Below are positions 36,795 through 45,999 of a stretch of 64,000 nucleotides of DNA, in pieces (within the stretch, counting starts at the first letter, position 1; the number at the start of each line of letters is the position of its first letter). Origin of the DNA: Alphaproteobacteria bacterium (GTDB lineage Bacteria > Pseudomonadota > Alphaproteobacteria > RF32 > CAG-239); assembly GCA_017939155.1 (NCBI GenBank), contig JAGAZZ010000048.1, positions 23,083 to 87,082 of the forward strand. Direction: 5' to 3'. The notes beneath the pieces were generated by a model. The model worked only from the letters and a program-made list of their open reading frames with translations, was not told the DNA's origin and made no database searches. The position numbers and the translations under genes were made by a program.

Positions 36795-37829
36795 CTAAAG
36801 ACCTAAAACTTGTTTCACGCGCATGGCATACTGTCTGTCACAATGAATCTTAATTGGAACAAAAAATTCCTCCGATAACGGAACCATGAAAAACCTGCCG
36901 CTGTTCCAAAAACAGAATAAATCTGAGTTTGATTTGAAATTAGACAGCTTAAAGGTTTTTCCCGGCCAAAACCCTTTTCTGTTTTTAGAGCCATAGTCTA
37001 TCGTGTAAGCATAGATTTTATAACCGTTTTTAGAAACAGCTAATTCGTTTCTGTACTCATCGATAAACGAGCCATTTTCATCAACCAAAAGCGCGTTTTG
37101 ATAAACGCAATGACACTTGTCCGCTAAAGGCATAATACCAAATTCTTCAACCGAAGATAACAGCGGTGTTCCCTTAGAATCATAGAGAGCACAGCCAAAT
37201 GGAGATGACGTAAAACAGCTCCAAAAACGCACGATAAAATTTCCGTTTTTCAATAACTCAACCTGATTGGTTTCATTGGGAAGACGAATAACGGCAAAAT
37301 CAGTTTTTTTCTGCTCAAGAGGAGAAAAAACATACCAAGCCGAAGACGCATCCTTTGTTTGAACCTTTAAAAAGACACTCCCAAAATCACTTCCGTCCCC
37401 CTGAAGAATGGTGAAGCCGTCTTTCATCTCAAGATAAGTCGAAACGAGCTCGCTTGCTGTCTTGTAAGGACGTCCCACAAAGAATATCTCCGTTTTATTT
37501 GAAACATCAATAAACTTGACGGCATTGTGAAGAGAAACGAGGTTGCACGTCGGTTTATATTCAAAAGAATGGCATAATTTGCCGAGATAATATACCGACG
37601 CTTCACCTTTGCTTGCAGTCAGAATATGTCCGTTCTCAAAAACGCGAATGTAATCAAACTGGCTCTTAAAAAAGACCGTCACCTCATCACATTCGTTTTC
37701 GTTGAAAAGAAAAACCCGAACCATACCGTCCTTCTCAATGGCAAAATGCGTATCATCCCAAAGATACACCTGAGCATCACGCGGGAATTGTCTGGTACTG
37801 AAATACTGATAATAATTCTCTAAATTCAT
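36795..37829 (-). CDS. WG-repeat-like orphan protein
   Basis: 344 aa with ENGHIL, KDGFTIL, KNGNFIV, ENGSFID and KNGYKIY repeats. Confidence 0.6.
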   Translation of the reverse strand: MNLENYYQYFSTRQFPRDAQVYLWDDTHFAIEKDGMVRVFLFNENECDEVTVFFKSQFDYIRVFENGHILTASKGEASVYYLGKLCHSFEYKPTCNLVSLHNAVKFIDVSNKTEIFFVGRPYKTASELVSTYLEMKDGFTILQGDGSDFGSVFLKVQTKDASSAWYVFSPLEQKKTDFAVIRLPNETNQVELLKNGNFIVRFWSCFTSSPFGCALYDSKGTPLLSSVEEFGIMPLADKCHCVYQNALLVDENGSFIDEYRNELAVSKNGYKIYAYTIDYGSKNRKGFWPGKTFKLSNFKSNSDLFCFWNSGRFFMVPLSEEFFVPIKIHCDRQYAMRVKQVLGL

Positions 37830-37868
37830 AATTTTTATGTTTTAATTAATAATAAAGTTATCGCTCTG

Positions 37869-37896
37869 AAAATATCAAAAATTAAAATTTTGTCAA
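37869..37896 (-). promoter_or_regulatory. Sigma70-type promoter (TTGACA-16nt-TATTTT)
   Basis: Minus strand TTGACAAAATTTTAATTTTTGATATTTT. Confidence 0.5.
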
Positions 37897-37903
37897 GAAA
37901 AAT

Positions 37904-38389
37904 TTAGCCTTTAAGCGCCGCAAACCATAAGCTGCGCCGTTTGGCTAAAGGAATAGACGCGTTTGCCGGGCTGGTTGACGGCAAAACTAAATAAGTTTTG
38001 CCGCTTAACAGCGGCGCGTGAAACCGCTTAAATAAGTCAAACGCTTTTTTGCCGTTAAATAACAGCCGCTCAATCTTCGGATAGGCTAGAAATAAACTAT
38101 AAAAATCATTAGGGGAAACATCTTTAATATTCGAATCAAGGCTCCCATCGCGCACGCAAGTTCCCGCCGCGTCCCATAGCCCGATTGAATGTTGAAGTAA
38201 AAGTGTGGTTTTGTGCAGGTAATCAGGTGCATTGAAATCTTCTTCAAATGCCTCAAACACAAACCGCCAAAACAAATTTTGTGGATGGGCATAATACTCT
38301 CCAGCCTCCAAAGAGGCAACGCCAGGCATAGACCCGATAATAAGGGTTGTCGTCTTCTCATTAACGATATAATCAAAACTTTGCGGCAT
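37904..38389 (-). CDS. DNA-deoxyinosine (hypoxanthine) glycosylase, UDG superfamily
   Basis: LIIGSMPGVASLEAGEYYAHPQNLFWRF and C-terminal LPSTSPANA. Confidence 0.8.
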   Translation of the reverse strand: MPQSFDYIVNEKTTTLIIGSMPGVASLEAGEYYAHPQNLFWRFVFEAFEEDFNAPDYLHKTTLLLQHSIGLWDAAGTCVRDGSLDSNIKDVSPNDFYSLFLAYPKIERLLFNGKKAFDLFKRFHAPLLSGKTYLVLPSTSPANASIPLAKRRSLWFAALKG

Positions 38390-38455
38390 TTTTTTATCTC
38401 CTCCCTCAAACCTACCGCAAAAAAGAAAAAAACAATATGCAAAAAGAGGTTACGC

Positions 38456-38485
38456 ACAAAAAAAAGCACGTTAGAAACGTGCTTT
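38456..38485 (-). terminator. Rho-independent terminator
   Basis: Minus strand AAAGCACGT-TTCTA-ACGTGCTTT followed by a T-run. Confidence 0.7.
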
Positions 38486-38491
38486 AAAGTC

Positions 38492-39178
38492 TTAGAGAAA
38501 ATCGCCCTTATCGTGACGACCGGGACTCTGGTTTTCAGATAAGTTGTCGTTGCGGCTTGCTTTTTTGGAAAGTAAATCGCCAATATCTCTTGGCAAATAT
38601 TCTTTCAAATAAAAGCCGCCGGCAAGCTGAGCATTGTTACGATATTCGGAAATATCTTTTCTGAACACGACCGGAACGAGCGCGGTATCACAAATATGCA
38701 ATGCCTCAAGCTTCTTTTCGTTCAAACAAAACAGACAGGCCTGCCATTTTCCATAGTGGGTAAAGCAAACAACAGCCTTTTTCTCATCGTCCAAATAAGC
38801 CCATAAAGAGGGATACACCAACACGCTGAGACAAGCTTGTTTTTCTTTATCCGCATCATCCCACAACCCGGGAATACTGGCGCCACTATTCAAAACCTCC
38901 AGATAGTGCAACACAATCTTTAAGGCTTCGCCTTGTTCGCTTGAAAACATACATTTATCTTCAAGCGCCAAAATCTGCTCGCTCTTGTTGTTGTCAAGCA
39001 AAGCAAACGCTAAATCTTTAAGAGCGGCTTTGTCAGAAGCTTCAGGGGCAGTGGACAAGGCTTGCGCAATTTTGACAATCTCAAAGTCAGCTTTTCTGCC
39101 CTCAATTTGCTCAAATTTAAAGGGTGCAAAATACTCTTTGCAATCCTCATAAAATACGGATGTTAAAATATTTTCCAT
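38492..39178 (-). CDS. Orphan protein (228 aa)
   Basis: ORF with its own TTGACA promoter and terminator. No recognisable motif. Confidence 0.55.
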   Translation of the reverse strand: MENILTSVFYEDCKEYFAPFKFEQIEGRKADFEIVKIAQALSTAPEASDKAALKDLAFALLDNNKSEQILALEDKCMFSSEQGEALKIVLHYLEVLNSGASIPGLWDDADKEKQACLSVLVYPSLWAYLDDEKKAVVCFTHYGKWQACLFCLNEKKLEALHICDTALVPVVFRKDISEYRNNAQLAGGFYLKEYLPRDIGDLLSKKASRNDNLSENQSPGRHDKGDFL

Positions 39179-39225
39179 AAATCAAAATTTTTAAGTAATA
39201 CATAAAATAATATCAAATCACCCTT

Positions 39226-39254
39226 AATCATAAAGAGATTTTCTTTTTTGTCAA
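39226..39254 (-). promoter_or_regulatory. Sigma70-type promoter (TTGACA-17/18nt-TGATTA)
   Basis: Minus strand TTGACAAAAAAGAAAATCTCTTTATGATTA. Confidence 0.4.
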
Positions 39255-39282
39255 ATATTTTTTATCCTGACTTAAAAATCAT

Positions 39283-39314
39283 AAAAAAAGGGAGCCAAAG
39301 CCCCCTTAAAAAAT
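39283..39314 (-). terminator. Rho-independent terminator after the Mla/Pqi-like operon
   Basis: Minus strand AAGGGGGC-TTTG-GCTCCCTT followed by TTTTT. Confidence 0.65.
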
Positions 39315-39324
39315 CAAAACAAGC

Positions 39325-39888
39325 CTAAAGTTTAGCTAAATCTGCGGCAATCTGCGCGCTTAGAGCGCCCAAAAGCCCGCTTTGCGCCGGAATATAGGCT
39401 TCATAATCACCGTTAATTGCTCTCTTTTCACTCATAGTACCGGATTTAATCACATTTCCCGCGCGGTTTTGAATAAAATAAACCGCTTCAAGCGCCGCAT
39501 AGTCGTCCAGCCTGCCGCTTAAAGAAGAAATCTCCACCATCACTGCGTATTGATAATTTTTTTTCAACGGTGTCTGTCTTTCAATCGTCGCTTTTGGCAG
39601 ATAAACATTTAAATTTTGTGCAATGGTGCGGGCAATCAATTTTTCCGGAGCCGCCCCCCAACGGTTAAACTCGTCAATTTTAAGCTCAAAATCTTCTTTG
39701 CCGAGTGTTGTAATTTGCGGTCTTGCCGCTTCCGCCGGCAATAAAACCTGTTTAACCAAAACGGTTTTCTTAAAATTCGGATAGTTTATCTCCGCTTCTG
39801 AAATCGCCGTCGGCTGATAAAAATTGGGGGTAGGGCTGCAACAAGCCGTTAAAGCAAACACCAAAACCAAAATCAAACTTTTTTTCAT
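39325..39888 (-). CDS. ABC-transport auxiliary lipoprotein (PqiC/DUF330-like)
   Basis: Lipobox LTAC plus NFYQ shortly after it. It lies directly downstream of the MCE-domain gene. Confidence 0.7.
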   Translation of the reverse strand: MKKSLILVLVFALTACCSPTPNFYQPTAISEAEINYPNFKKTVLVKQVLLPAEAARPQITTLGKEDFELKIDEFNRWGAAPEKLIARTIAQNLNVYLPKATIERQTPLKKNYQYAVMVEISSLSGRLDDYAALEAVYFIQNRAGNVIKSGTMSEKRAINGDYEAYIPAQSGLLGALSAQIAADLAKL

Positions 39889-39889
39889 C

Positions 39890-40711
39890 TTAGTAATCCT
39901 TTCCTGTAATCAATGCGTTCGGATACATCTGTAAATAATCCGTCAAATTTTTCATGGAAGCCGCCGCCGCGGAAAAACTTTCAATCATCGCTGAAATGCT
40001 CTCGGCGTTTTCGCCCACCAGCGCGTCGATAGATTGTGCCGCACCGCCGACATTTTCAAACATAACCTGAGTGTTGTCGCGGTTTTCTTTTAAGATGGTA
40101 TCAACCGTTGACAATGTCGAGTTCATTTTTTGAAGTAAAGGCGGTAGCTCCTGATTAAGCGATTGCGTGATATTATGAACATCTTGAGCAATCTTAGCCA
40201 CCGGCATAACCTGCAAGCTCTTGGAAATTTCGGCAAATGGTGAATTAATCGTCGGAATTTCATAATTGCCTTTTGCTTGTTCATGCAAAATAACCGGTGT
40301 TTTCGGGAACATATCAAGCTCGATTAACAATTGTCCGGTAATCACCGAGTTAATCGCCAACTGTGCTCTTAAGCCGCTTTTGATAAATTTGTTCAGCCGT
40401 TCCTGTTCGTCATCTGTATCGGTGATTAAAGATTTGCCGTTATAAATCTTGGCATATACCGGAATAAGAAATTGCATGGTTTTAAGATTAGCCCTAAGGC
40501 GAACCGATGAAACCTCGCCGATTTTCACTCCCTTAAACAAAACCGGTGCGCCAACCTCAAGCCCTTTGACCGATTCGTCAAAAAACATCACCACCGTGGT
40601 TTCGTTGTCATTAAACTTTGATTTCAAAAAGTATCCGAACAGCAAAATAAACGCTGCTACGCTTACACTGATAAATAATCCTATAAGTTTCATATTAGGT
40701 TCTTTAATCAT
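39890..40711 (-). CDS. mlaD: MCE-domain (MlaD-like) substrate-binding protein
   Basis: N-terminal TM anchor followed by GLEVGAPVLFKGVKIGEVSSVRL, an MCE signature. The alternative start is 40693. Confidence 0.8.
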   Translation of the reverse strand: MIKEPNMKLIGLFISVSVAAFILLFGYFLKSKFNDNETTVVMFFDESVKGLEVGAPVLFKGVKIGEVSSVRLRANLKTMQFLIPVYAKIYNGKSLITDTDDEQERLNKFIKSGLRAQLAINSVITGQLLIELDMFPKTPVILHEQAKGNYEIPTINSPFAEISKSLQVMPVAKIAQDVHNITQSLNQELPPLLQKMNSTLSTVDTILKENRDNTQVMFENVGGAAQSIDALVGENAESISAMIESFSAAAASMKNLTDYLQMYPNALITGKDY

Positions 40712-41459
40712 TCTTTTTTCCTCTGGTTAAAAATTCATAGATTTCTTCATTCGGCGGGTTTTTGAGCAACGCGTTGGGATTGCCGCGTCCGGTAATGTTT
40801 TTAATTTTCCCGTCTAAAAAGATAGAGTTTGTGCCAATGCTGAAAATAGATTGAAGCTCATGCGTCACAATCACAAACGTTGTCCCTAGTGTCTGGTTAA
40901 GCTCCGAAATCAAATCATCAAGCCTTTTAGAACTAATCGGGTCAAGTCCGGCAGACGGTTCGTCACAATATAAAATCTTCGGGCTTAATGCCAGAGCTCT
41001 GGCAAGTGCCGCTCGTTTTTTCATGCCGCCCGAAATCTCTGAGGGATAAAAATCATCAAACCCCGCGAGCCCCGTCAAAGCCAGTTTGTAAGAGGCAATC
41101 TCGTCAATCTCTTTTGCATTAAAAGAACTGTACAGCTCAAGCGGCATTTTAACGTTTTCTTTCAATGTCATTGAAGAAAACAGCGCCCCGCTTTGATACA
41201 TTACGCCGCATTTTTGCATAATCGCGTTTTTTTCTTGAGCACCCGCACGTGAGAACTCTTTACCGTCCACCAAAACATCTCCTTTAACCGGCACCACAAG
41301 TCCGGTTAAAACGCGCAACAAACTGCTCTTGCCGCAGCCGCTGGCGCCCATAATGATAAAGACATCGCCTTTATTGACCTCAAAACTGATGTCATCAAAC
41401 AACACAAAATCGCCGTATGCCACTCTCAGGTCTTTAACTGTAATAATCGGTTCGCTCAT
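40704..41459 (-). CDS. mlaF: ABC transporter ATP-binding protein (MlaF-like)
   Basis: Walker A GASGCGKSS, signature ISGGMKKR and Walker B ILYCDEP. Confidence 0.9.
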   Translation of the reverse strand: MSEPIITVKDLRVAYGDFVLFDDISFEVNKGDVFIIMGASGCGKSSLLRVLTGLVVPVKGDVLVDGKEFSRAGAQEKNAIMQKCGVMYQSGALFSSMTLKENVKMPLELYSSFNAKEIDEIASYKLALTGLAGFDDFYPSEISGGMKKRAALARALALSPKILYCDEPSAGLDPISSKRLDDLISELNQTLGTTFVIVTHELQSIFSIGTNSIFLDGKIKNITGRGNPNALLKNPPNEEIYEFLTRGKKND

Positions 41460-42547
41460 ATATTAAGCACCTCCAAAATAACCGTTAAAATCCCCGTGGC
41501 CACAATCATCCAAACCAATGCCGTCACCACCGCTCCCGTTGTCGCTTTGCCGACCGCATCCGCGTCCCTTCCTGCATTAACACCGGCATAACAGCCGCAG
41601 ATTGAAATAATCACGCCGTAAATCAAACTATGCAACAGCCCGACTAAAATATTTCTTAAACTCAAAGCCCTAATCGCATAATCAAAATAAGAGGATGAAG
41701 AAATATCCAAAAATAAAACGCCGACCACAGCCCCGCCCAAAATGCCGAGCGCGTCCGCCAAAAGCGTTAAAAACGGTATCACCAAAATCAAAGCAACCAG
41801 CCGCGGCGCCACTAAATAATCGGTAATTTTCACCCCGAGCGTTTTTAAGGCGTCTAATTCTTCATTAACCTGCATCGTGCCGAGTGTCGCCGCGTATGAA
41901 GACCCTGTGCGCCCGGCAATGATAATGCCGGCCATAATCGCCGCCATAATCCGCGTCATACCGATAGAAACCATACTGGCAACAAAAATCCCCGCGCCGA
42001 AAGTCTTAAGCTGTAATGCGCCGACAAACGCCAAAATCAGCCCCACCAAAAAACTCACAAGCGCTATAATCCCGACAGCCTTATACCCGCAGTCGGCAAA
42101 AATAAACCAAAAATCTTTCTTGCGGAAAATCGCCCGACCGGAAAAAAATCTCCCCAAAGAAAACAACGTTTCTTTCATAAACCCCAAAGCATTTTTAATC
42201 CTGCCCCAGAGGTCGTAGCCTTTTTCGCCGATAAGAGCCAAAAATCCGCCCGAGCTTTGAGTTTGTTTCGGCGGCGTGTTGGCAGGGCTTAAAGACAATA
42301 AAATCAGCGCCCGCATATTTTTAGGCAATCTTTCAAAATTAAAGCTGATACCGGCATTTTGAATCTTTTTGCTCCAAGTATAAATCCTTGCTTCCAAAAC
42401 CTCGGAAATGTCCGTTGCTTCAGTTTCGGCAAAAACGGTTTTAACCTTGGCTTCTTTTAAACGCCGCAAAATCTCCTCATCTGCTGCTTCTTTTGGGTCA
42501 TTGTTAAATAAAAGCACCGCTTGGTTATTATTGATTGAAAGTTGCAT
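41456..42547 (-). CDS. mlaE: MlaE-type ABC permease with N-terminal STAS-like extension
   Basis: The C-terminal 250 aa match the MlaE pattern (TGSSYAATLGTMQVNEELDAL). The roughly 110-aa N-terminal soluble domain resembles a MlaB/STAS module. Confidence 0.8.
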   Translation of the reverse strand: MQLSINNNQAVLLFNNDPKEAADEEILRRLKEAKVKTVFAETEATDISEVLEARIYTWSKKIQNAGISFNFERLPKNMRALILLSLSPANTPPKQTQSSGGFLALIGEKGYDLWGRIKNALGFMKETLFSLGRFFSGRAIFRKKDFWFIFADCGYKAVGIIALVSFLVGLILAFVGALQLKTFGAGIFVASMVSIGMTRIMAAIMAGIIIAGRTGSSYAATLGTMQVNEELDALKTLGVKITDYLVAPRLVALILVIPFLTLLADALGILGGAVVGVLFLDISSSSYFDYAIRALSLRNILVGLLHSLIYGVIISICGCYAGVNAGRDADAVGKATTGAVVTALVWMIVATGILTVILEVLNI

Positions 42548-42562
42548 GCTTTTTTCTTTCTC

Positions 42563-43429
42563 CTACTTGTTTCTTGAGGCTTTACAAACCGCCGCCGCGG
42601 CGGCATTTGCTTTGAGATGTGCTTCTTCTTGTGTTGCGTTTTGTAAAAGCGCTGCCATAAACGTTCCTCCAAAAGCATTTCCCGCGCCAAAAGCAAAGGC
42701 TTGGTGCAATCTGCTGTTTTTAACCGAGGTTAAACCGTCCTTACCCCAAATCCGTGTTTCTTTAGTCCCGTCAGATAAAATAAGATATTTCAAGCCGTAT
42801 TTTTCTTTGAGTGCCAAACAAACCTCTTCAACATTGCCCGAAAGTTTAAGCAACGTCTTAATCACTTTAAGCTCATCAGTATTAAGCTTGAGAATGTCAG
42901 CTCTTTCTAACAGGCTTAAAACAAGCCCGGCATCATAGTAGTTCTGCCTGAAGTTGACATCAAAAAACCTATAAGCTGTTGATGGCGCCATATCAATTAA
43001 TTCAAGCATTGTCGTTTTAGAATAAGCTTTGCGCAAGGCAAGCGTGCCAAAATAAATGGCGTCCGCTTTTTTAATACACTCTTCGGCAGCCGTGGTCAGC
43101 GGAATATAATCCCAAGCGGCATTTTCCAAAATATGGGCAGACCGTCCGCCTGATGGCGTATTGATAATCAACACTCTGCCGGTCGGATAAGGGGTTATGG
43201 CTAAAACCGGATTAATCTCAAATTTTTGTAACTCGCTGATAACTTCTCTGCCCAAATCATCGGCGCCAATCGCACTGACAAGGTATCCTGAAACGCCGCC
43301 CATCACCGCATGATGCAAAAAATCAGCCGGTGCGCCGCCTAGTTTGCGGCAGTCAGGCAGAATATCAAAAACAACTTCGCCCAATCCGACAACCACGGGC
43401 GCATTTAACTTATCAGCCATAACGCTCAA
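42563..43429 (-). CDS. PfkB-family sugar kinase (fructokinase-like) with GAGN instead of GAGD
   Basis: GLGEVVFDILP..LGGAPADF N-terminus. The C-terminal motif reads FGAGNAFGG where the family has TGAGDAF. Confidence 0.75.
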   Translation of the reverse strand: MSVMADKLNAPVVVGLGEVVFDILPDCRKLGGAPADFLHHAVMGGVSGYLVSAIGADDLGREVISELQKFEINPVLAITPYPTGRVLIINTPSGGRSAHILENAAWDYIPLTTAAEECIKKADAIYFGTLALRKAYSKTTMLELIDMAPSTAYRFFDVNFRQNYYDAGLVLSLLERADILKLNTDELKVIKTLLKLSGNVEEVCLALKEKYGLKYLILSDGTKETRIWGKDGLTSVKNSRLHQAFAFGAGNAFGGTFMAALLQNATQEEAHLKANAAAAAVCKASRNK

Positions 43430-43473
43430 AACCTTAAAAGTTAATAAATTATTAATACTATAACTGTTTTTTT

Positions 43474-44970
43474 TTAAGAGTCAACGCCTTTAATCTTTTT
43501 TAAGCGCAGCTCAAGGCTGTTTTTAAGCAACATCTCCGAGTACTCTTTAGAAATTTTACAGAGCTTGATATTCTGTCCGCGCCGATAAATCGAAGTATAT
43601 GTCAAACAATCATCTAAATCATCTATTTTGTTATAAATGGAGAGTATGAAGTTTACTTCCTGCATTTCATCAGAGTAATAAGCGATATTTTTCATCACGC
43701 TCGGTTTGCGCAAAATCTCTCCTTGTTCGCCGACAATCGCCAAACAGGTATATTCCGGCAGATAATATTCACAAAAGAGGTTGCTGTTGTCTAATGTCAT
43801 AAGTTTATAAGATTTTGGAATATATGTCTTAATTTGCGTCACCGCGTTTTTAATTCCCAAATCAAAAGAAATCTCCGCAATATCATAATAAGAAAAACCA
43901 AACAGCGCGATTGCCGTAAAAATAAAAGTTTTTCCGATGGTTTTAATGTTGCATAAGATAACCGCACCCGCCGCATACCAAATCAAAGCAAAAATCTTTA
44001 AATATCTTGCCGTTACCAACGGTCTGATGACAAAAGAAAGCCCAATCAGAATAAGATATGTCGCGACAAAAGTCCCAAAGGCAAATAAAAATAATTTCTT
44101 TTCTTTAGTCGTGAAGTGCGCCAAGCTAAAAACACCGCACAAAACCACAAAAGAAAAAGCCGTCGTTACAAAATATGTCGCCATATAAAAAACAGACTGT
44201 AAAATTTCCGGTTCAAACGGATTTAAGAAAAACATCGGGCTTAATTTGACAAACTCTTTAGTCACATACCAAAACTTGCTAATATCTCCACCCGTTGTCA
44301 ACGGCACAATAAGCCACGGGATAAACAGCCCGAAAGCGACACCTGCGGTTAAAAAAAACTTTTTTCCGCTTTTTTGTAGCTTTTTTTCTCTCAACAAGCA
44401 ACATAAAATCCCCGTATAAAGGCAAAACAGCCACACCAGAGAGTAATAATGCGAATAAAGCGCCAAAACCGTCGTGAACGCCAACTTAACAAAGTCAGAA
44501 TTTTTCGGCTTATCTAAAATCCGTATGCCGTAAATCAACGCCACAAACAATAAAAAGGCGGAGAGCATATAGGTTCTGACTTCAAACGCCAGCCAAAGCG
44601 AGCAGGGCATAAGCACAAATGTTGCCGCCATAACCAAAGACAGCCTATCGCCATAATCTTTTCTGACCTCAGTTAAAACAAAGACCAAAGCGCCTATAAA
44701 AAGCAACAACGAGGCAAAATGTGCCGCCCAAATTTCATACTCTTTAGGAAATAAAACAAGGATAACCTTTAAATAAGCGTAATAAAGCGGCGGTTTGGAA
44801 TCTTCGGTCAGCAAAAGTTCCCACATCTCTCCCCAACTGTCCTTTGCCATCAACACCGAATAAAGCTCATCGCTCCATAAATTTAGGTTATTTAGCAAAA
44901 AGCCGTATAAAACCGTTGCTATCAAAACAAGGCTTCCGCCCAAAAAACGAAAATTAAGCTTAAATGTCAT
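43474..44970 (-). CDS. GT-C membrane glycosyltransferase (ArnT/PMT_2-like)
   Basis: About 12 TM segments. The first loop has LWSDELYSV...KPPLYY, typical of family 39/83 transferases. Confidence 0.75.
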   Translation of the reverse strand: MTFKLNFRFLGGSLVLIATVLYGFLLNNLNLWSDELYSVLMAKDSWGEMWELLLTEDSKPPLYYAYLKVILVLFPKEYEIWAAHFASLLLFIGALVFVLTEVRKDYGDRLSLVMAATFVLMPCSLWLAFEVRTYMLSAFLLFVALIYGIRILDKPKNSDFVKLAFTTVLALYSHYYSLVWLFCLYTGILCCLLREKKLQKSGKKFFLTAGVAFGLFIPWLIVPLTTGGDISKFWYVTKEFVKLSPMFFLNPFEPEILQSVFYMATYFVTTAFSFVVLCGVFSLAHFTTKEKKLFLFAFGTFVATYLILIGLSFVIRPLVTARYLKIFALIWYAAGAVILCNIKTIGKTFIFTAIALFGFSYYDIAEISFDLGIKNAVTQIKTYIPKSYKLMTLDNSNLFCEYYLPEYTCLAIVGEQGEILRKPSVMKNIAYYSDEMQEVNFILSIYNKIDDLDDCLTYTSIYRRGQNIKLCKISKEYSEMLLKNSLELRLKKIKGVDS

Positions 44971-45988
44971 CTCTTTTTGCCTTTTCTAAAATCTTTTTCG
45001 CCGCGGCTTTATTCGTAAAATATTTTAACGTGATTTCTCTTGCTTTTTGAGCTTTTTCAAGCCGTTTATCTTCATGGCTCAAGTAATACGCCAGTTTTTC
45101 CTTAAGCTCCTCTTTGTTTTTATACATCGGAACGCTGTCGCCATAAACCTCTTCAATCTCTTTCATATAATCGGAAATCACCAAAGCTCCTGCCGCCGTC
45201 GCATCATAAATCCGGTTATTGATAAATCCTTTTTCTTTCATATCCGGTCTGTGGTCGTTTAAAACAATTTTAGCCGACGCATAATAGCGGTGAAGCTCCT
45301 CATTTTTGATATAAGGGGCTTTATAAAGAGGGGCAGGCACCACACCTTGCCAATTATAGCCGTAAACGTCCACCTCAAACCCTTCTTCCAAGGCAAACCT
45401 TAAGCTCGTCCTGTCATGCCAGTTTGACCCCACAAACAAAATATCGGTTTTAAGTTCCTCAACCGGCTCGGGATAAAACTTTTCCGGGTTGGTAAATTGC
45501 GGCACATAGATAGCTTTAATGCCGTTTTTATTTAATTCTGCCGCATAGCTTGCCGAGGCAACCGCCAAAATATCAAAATTCTGCCAGTCATCGTCAAGCA
45601 TAGCATCTTGAGGCTGCGCCAATCTATGATTTAATTCCTTTTTGCTAGGTTTATGTGCGGACTTTTCATTATAGGTCATCGGATAATACACATAAAGCAC
45701 ATTAACGCCCTCAGGGTAGGGGGGAAGAAATTTCGTATAGCCGCGCATAAAAAGGTTAAGCTTCGGCTCTTCTTTATGCACACGGTGATATTCGCCTCGA
45801 TAGTCAATCACAACACTTTTGCCAAGCGCTTCAAACCCTTTGGCAAAATCATAAGCCAACTGATAATCCCCAATATCGGTTTCCCCTCGGTTTGTGGTTG
45901 ATTTGACCGCCACATCATAAGCAAAGCTATGAAAAGGAAACAAACCAAGCATTATGCCAAATAATAAAAATAAAGTCCGTCTTATCAT
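44960..45988 (-). CDS. CgeB-like glycosyltransferase with signal peptide
   Basis: The C-terminal RYYASAKIVLNDHRPDMKEKGFINNRIYDATAAGALVISD...YLSHEDKRLEKAQKAREI matches the Glyco_trans_1_2 pattern. The preferred start ATG 45988 follows GAGAGGG. Confidence 0.7.
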   Translation of the reverse strand: MIRRTLFLLFGIMLGLFPFHSFAYDVAVKSTTNRGETDIGDYQLAYDFAKGFEALGKSVVIDYRGEYHRVHKEEPKLNLFMRGYTKFLPPYPEGVNVLYVYYPMTYNEKSAHKPSKKELNHRLAQPQDAMLDDDWQNFDILAVASASYAAELNKNGIKAIYVPQFTNPEKFYPEPVEELKTDILFVGSNWHDRTSLRFALEEGFEVDVYGYNWQGVVPAPLYKAPYIKNEELHRYYASAKIVLNDHRPDMKEKGFINNRIYDATAAGALVISDYMKEIEEVYGDSVPMYKNKEELKEKLAYYLSHEDKRLEKAQKAREITLKYFTNKAAAKKILEKAKRDDI

Positions 45989-45999
45989 CCGTTTCCCTC

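Noticed and set aside
38086-38583. 165-aa minus-strand ORF and 109-aa plus-strand ORF spanning the glycosylase/orphan intergenic region.
   Set aside because: They overlap a well-supported glycosylase gene out of frame and run across a terminator hairpin (38456-38485).
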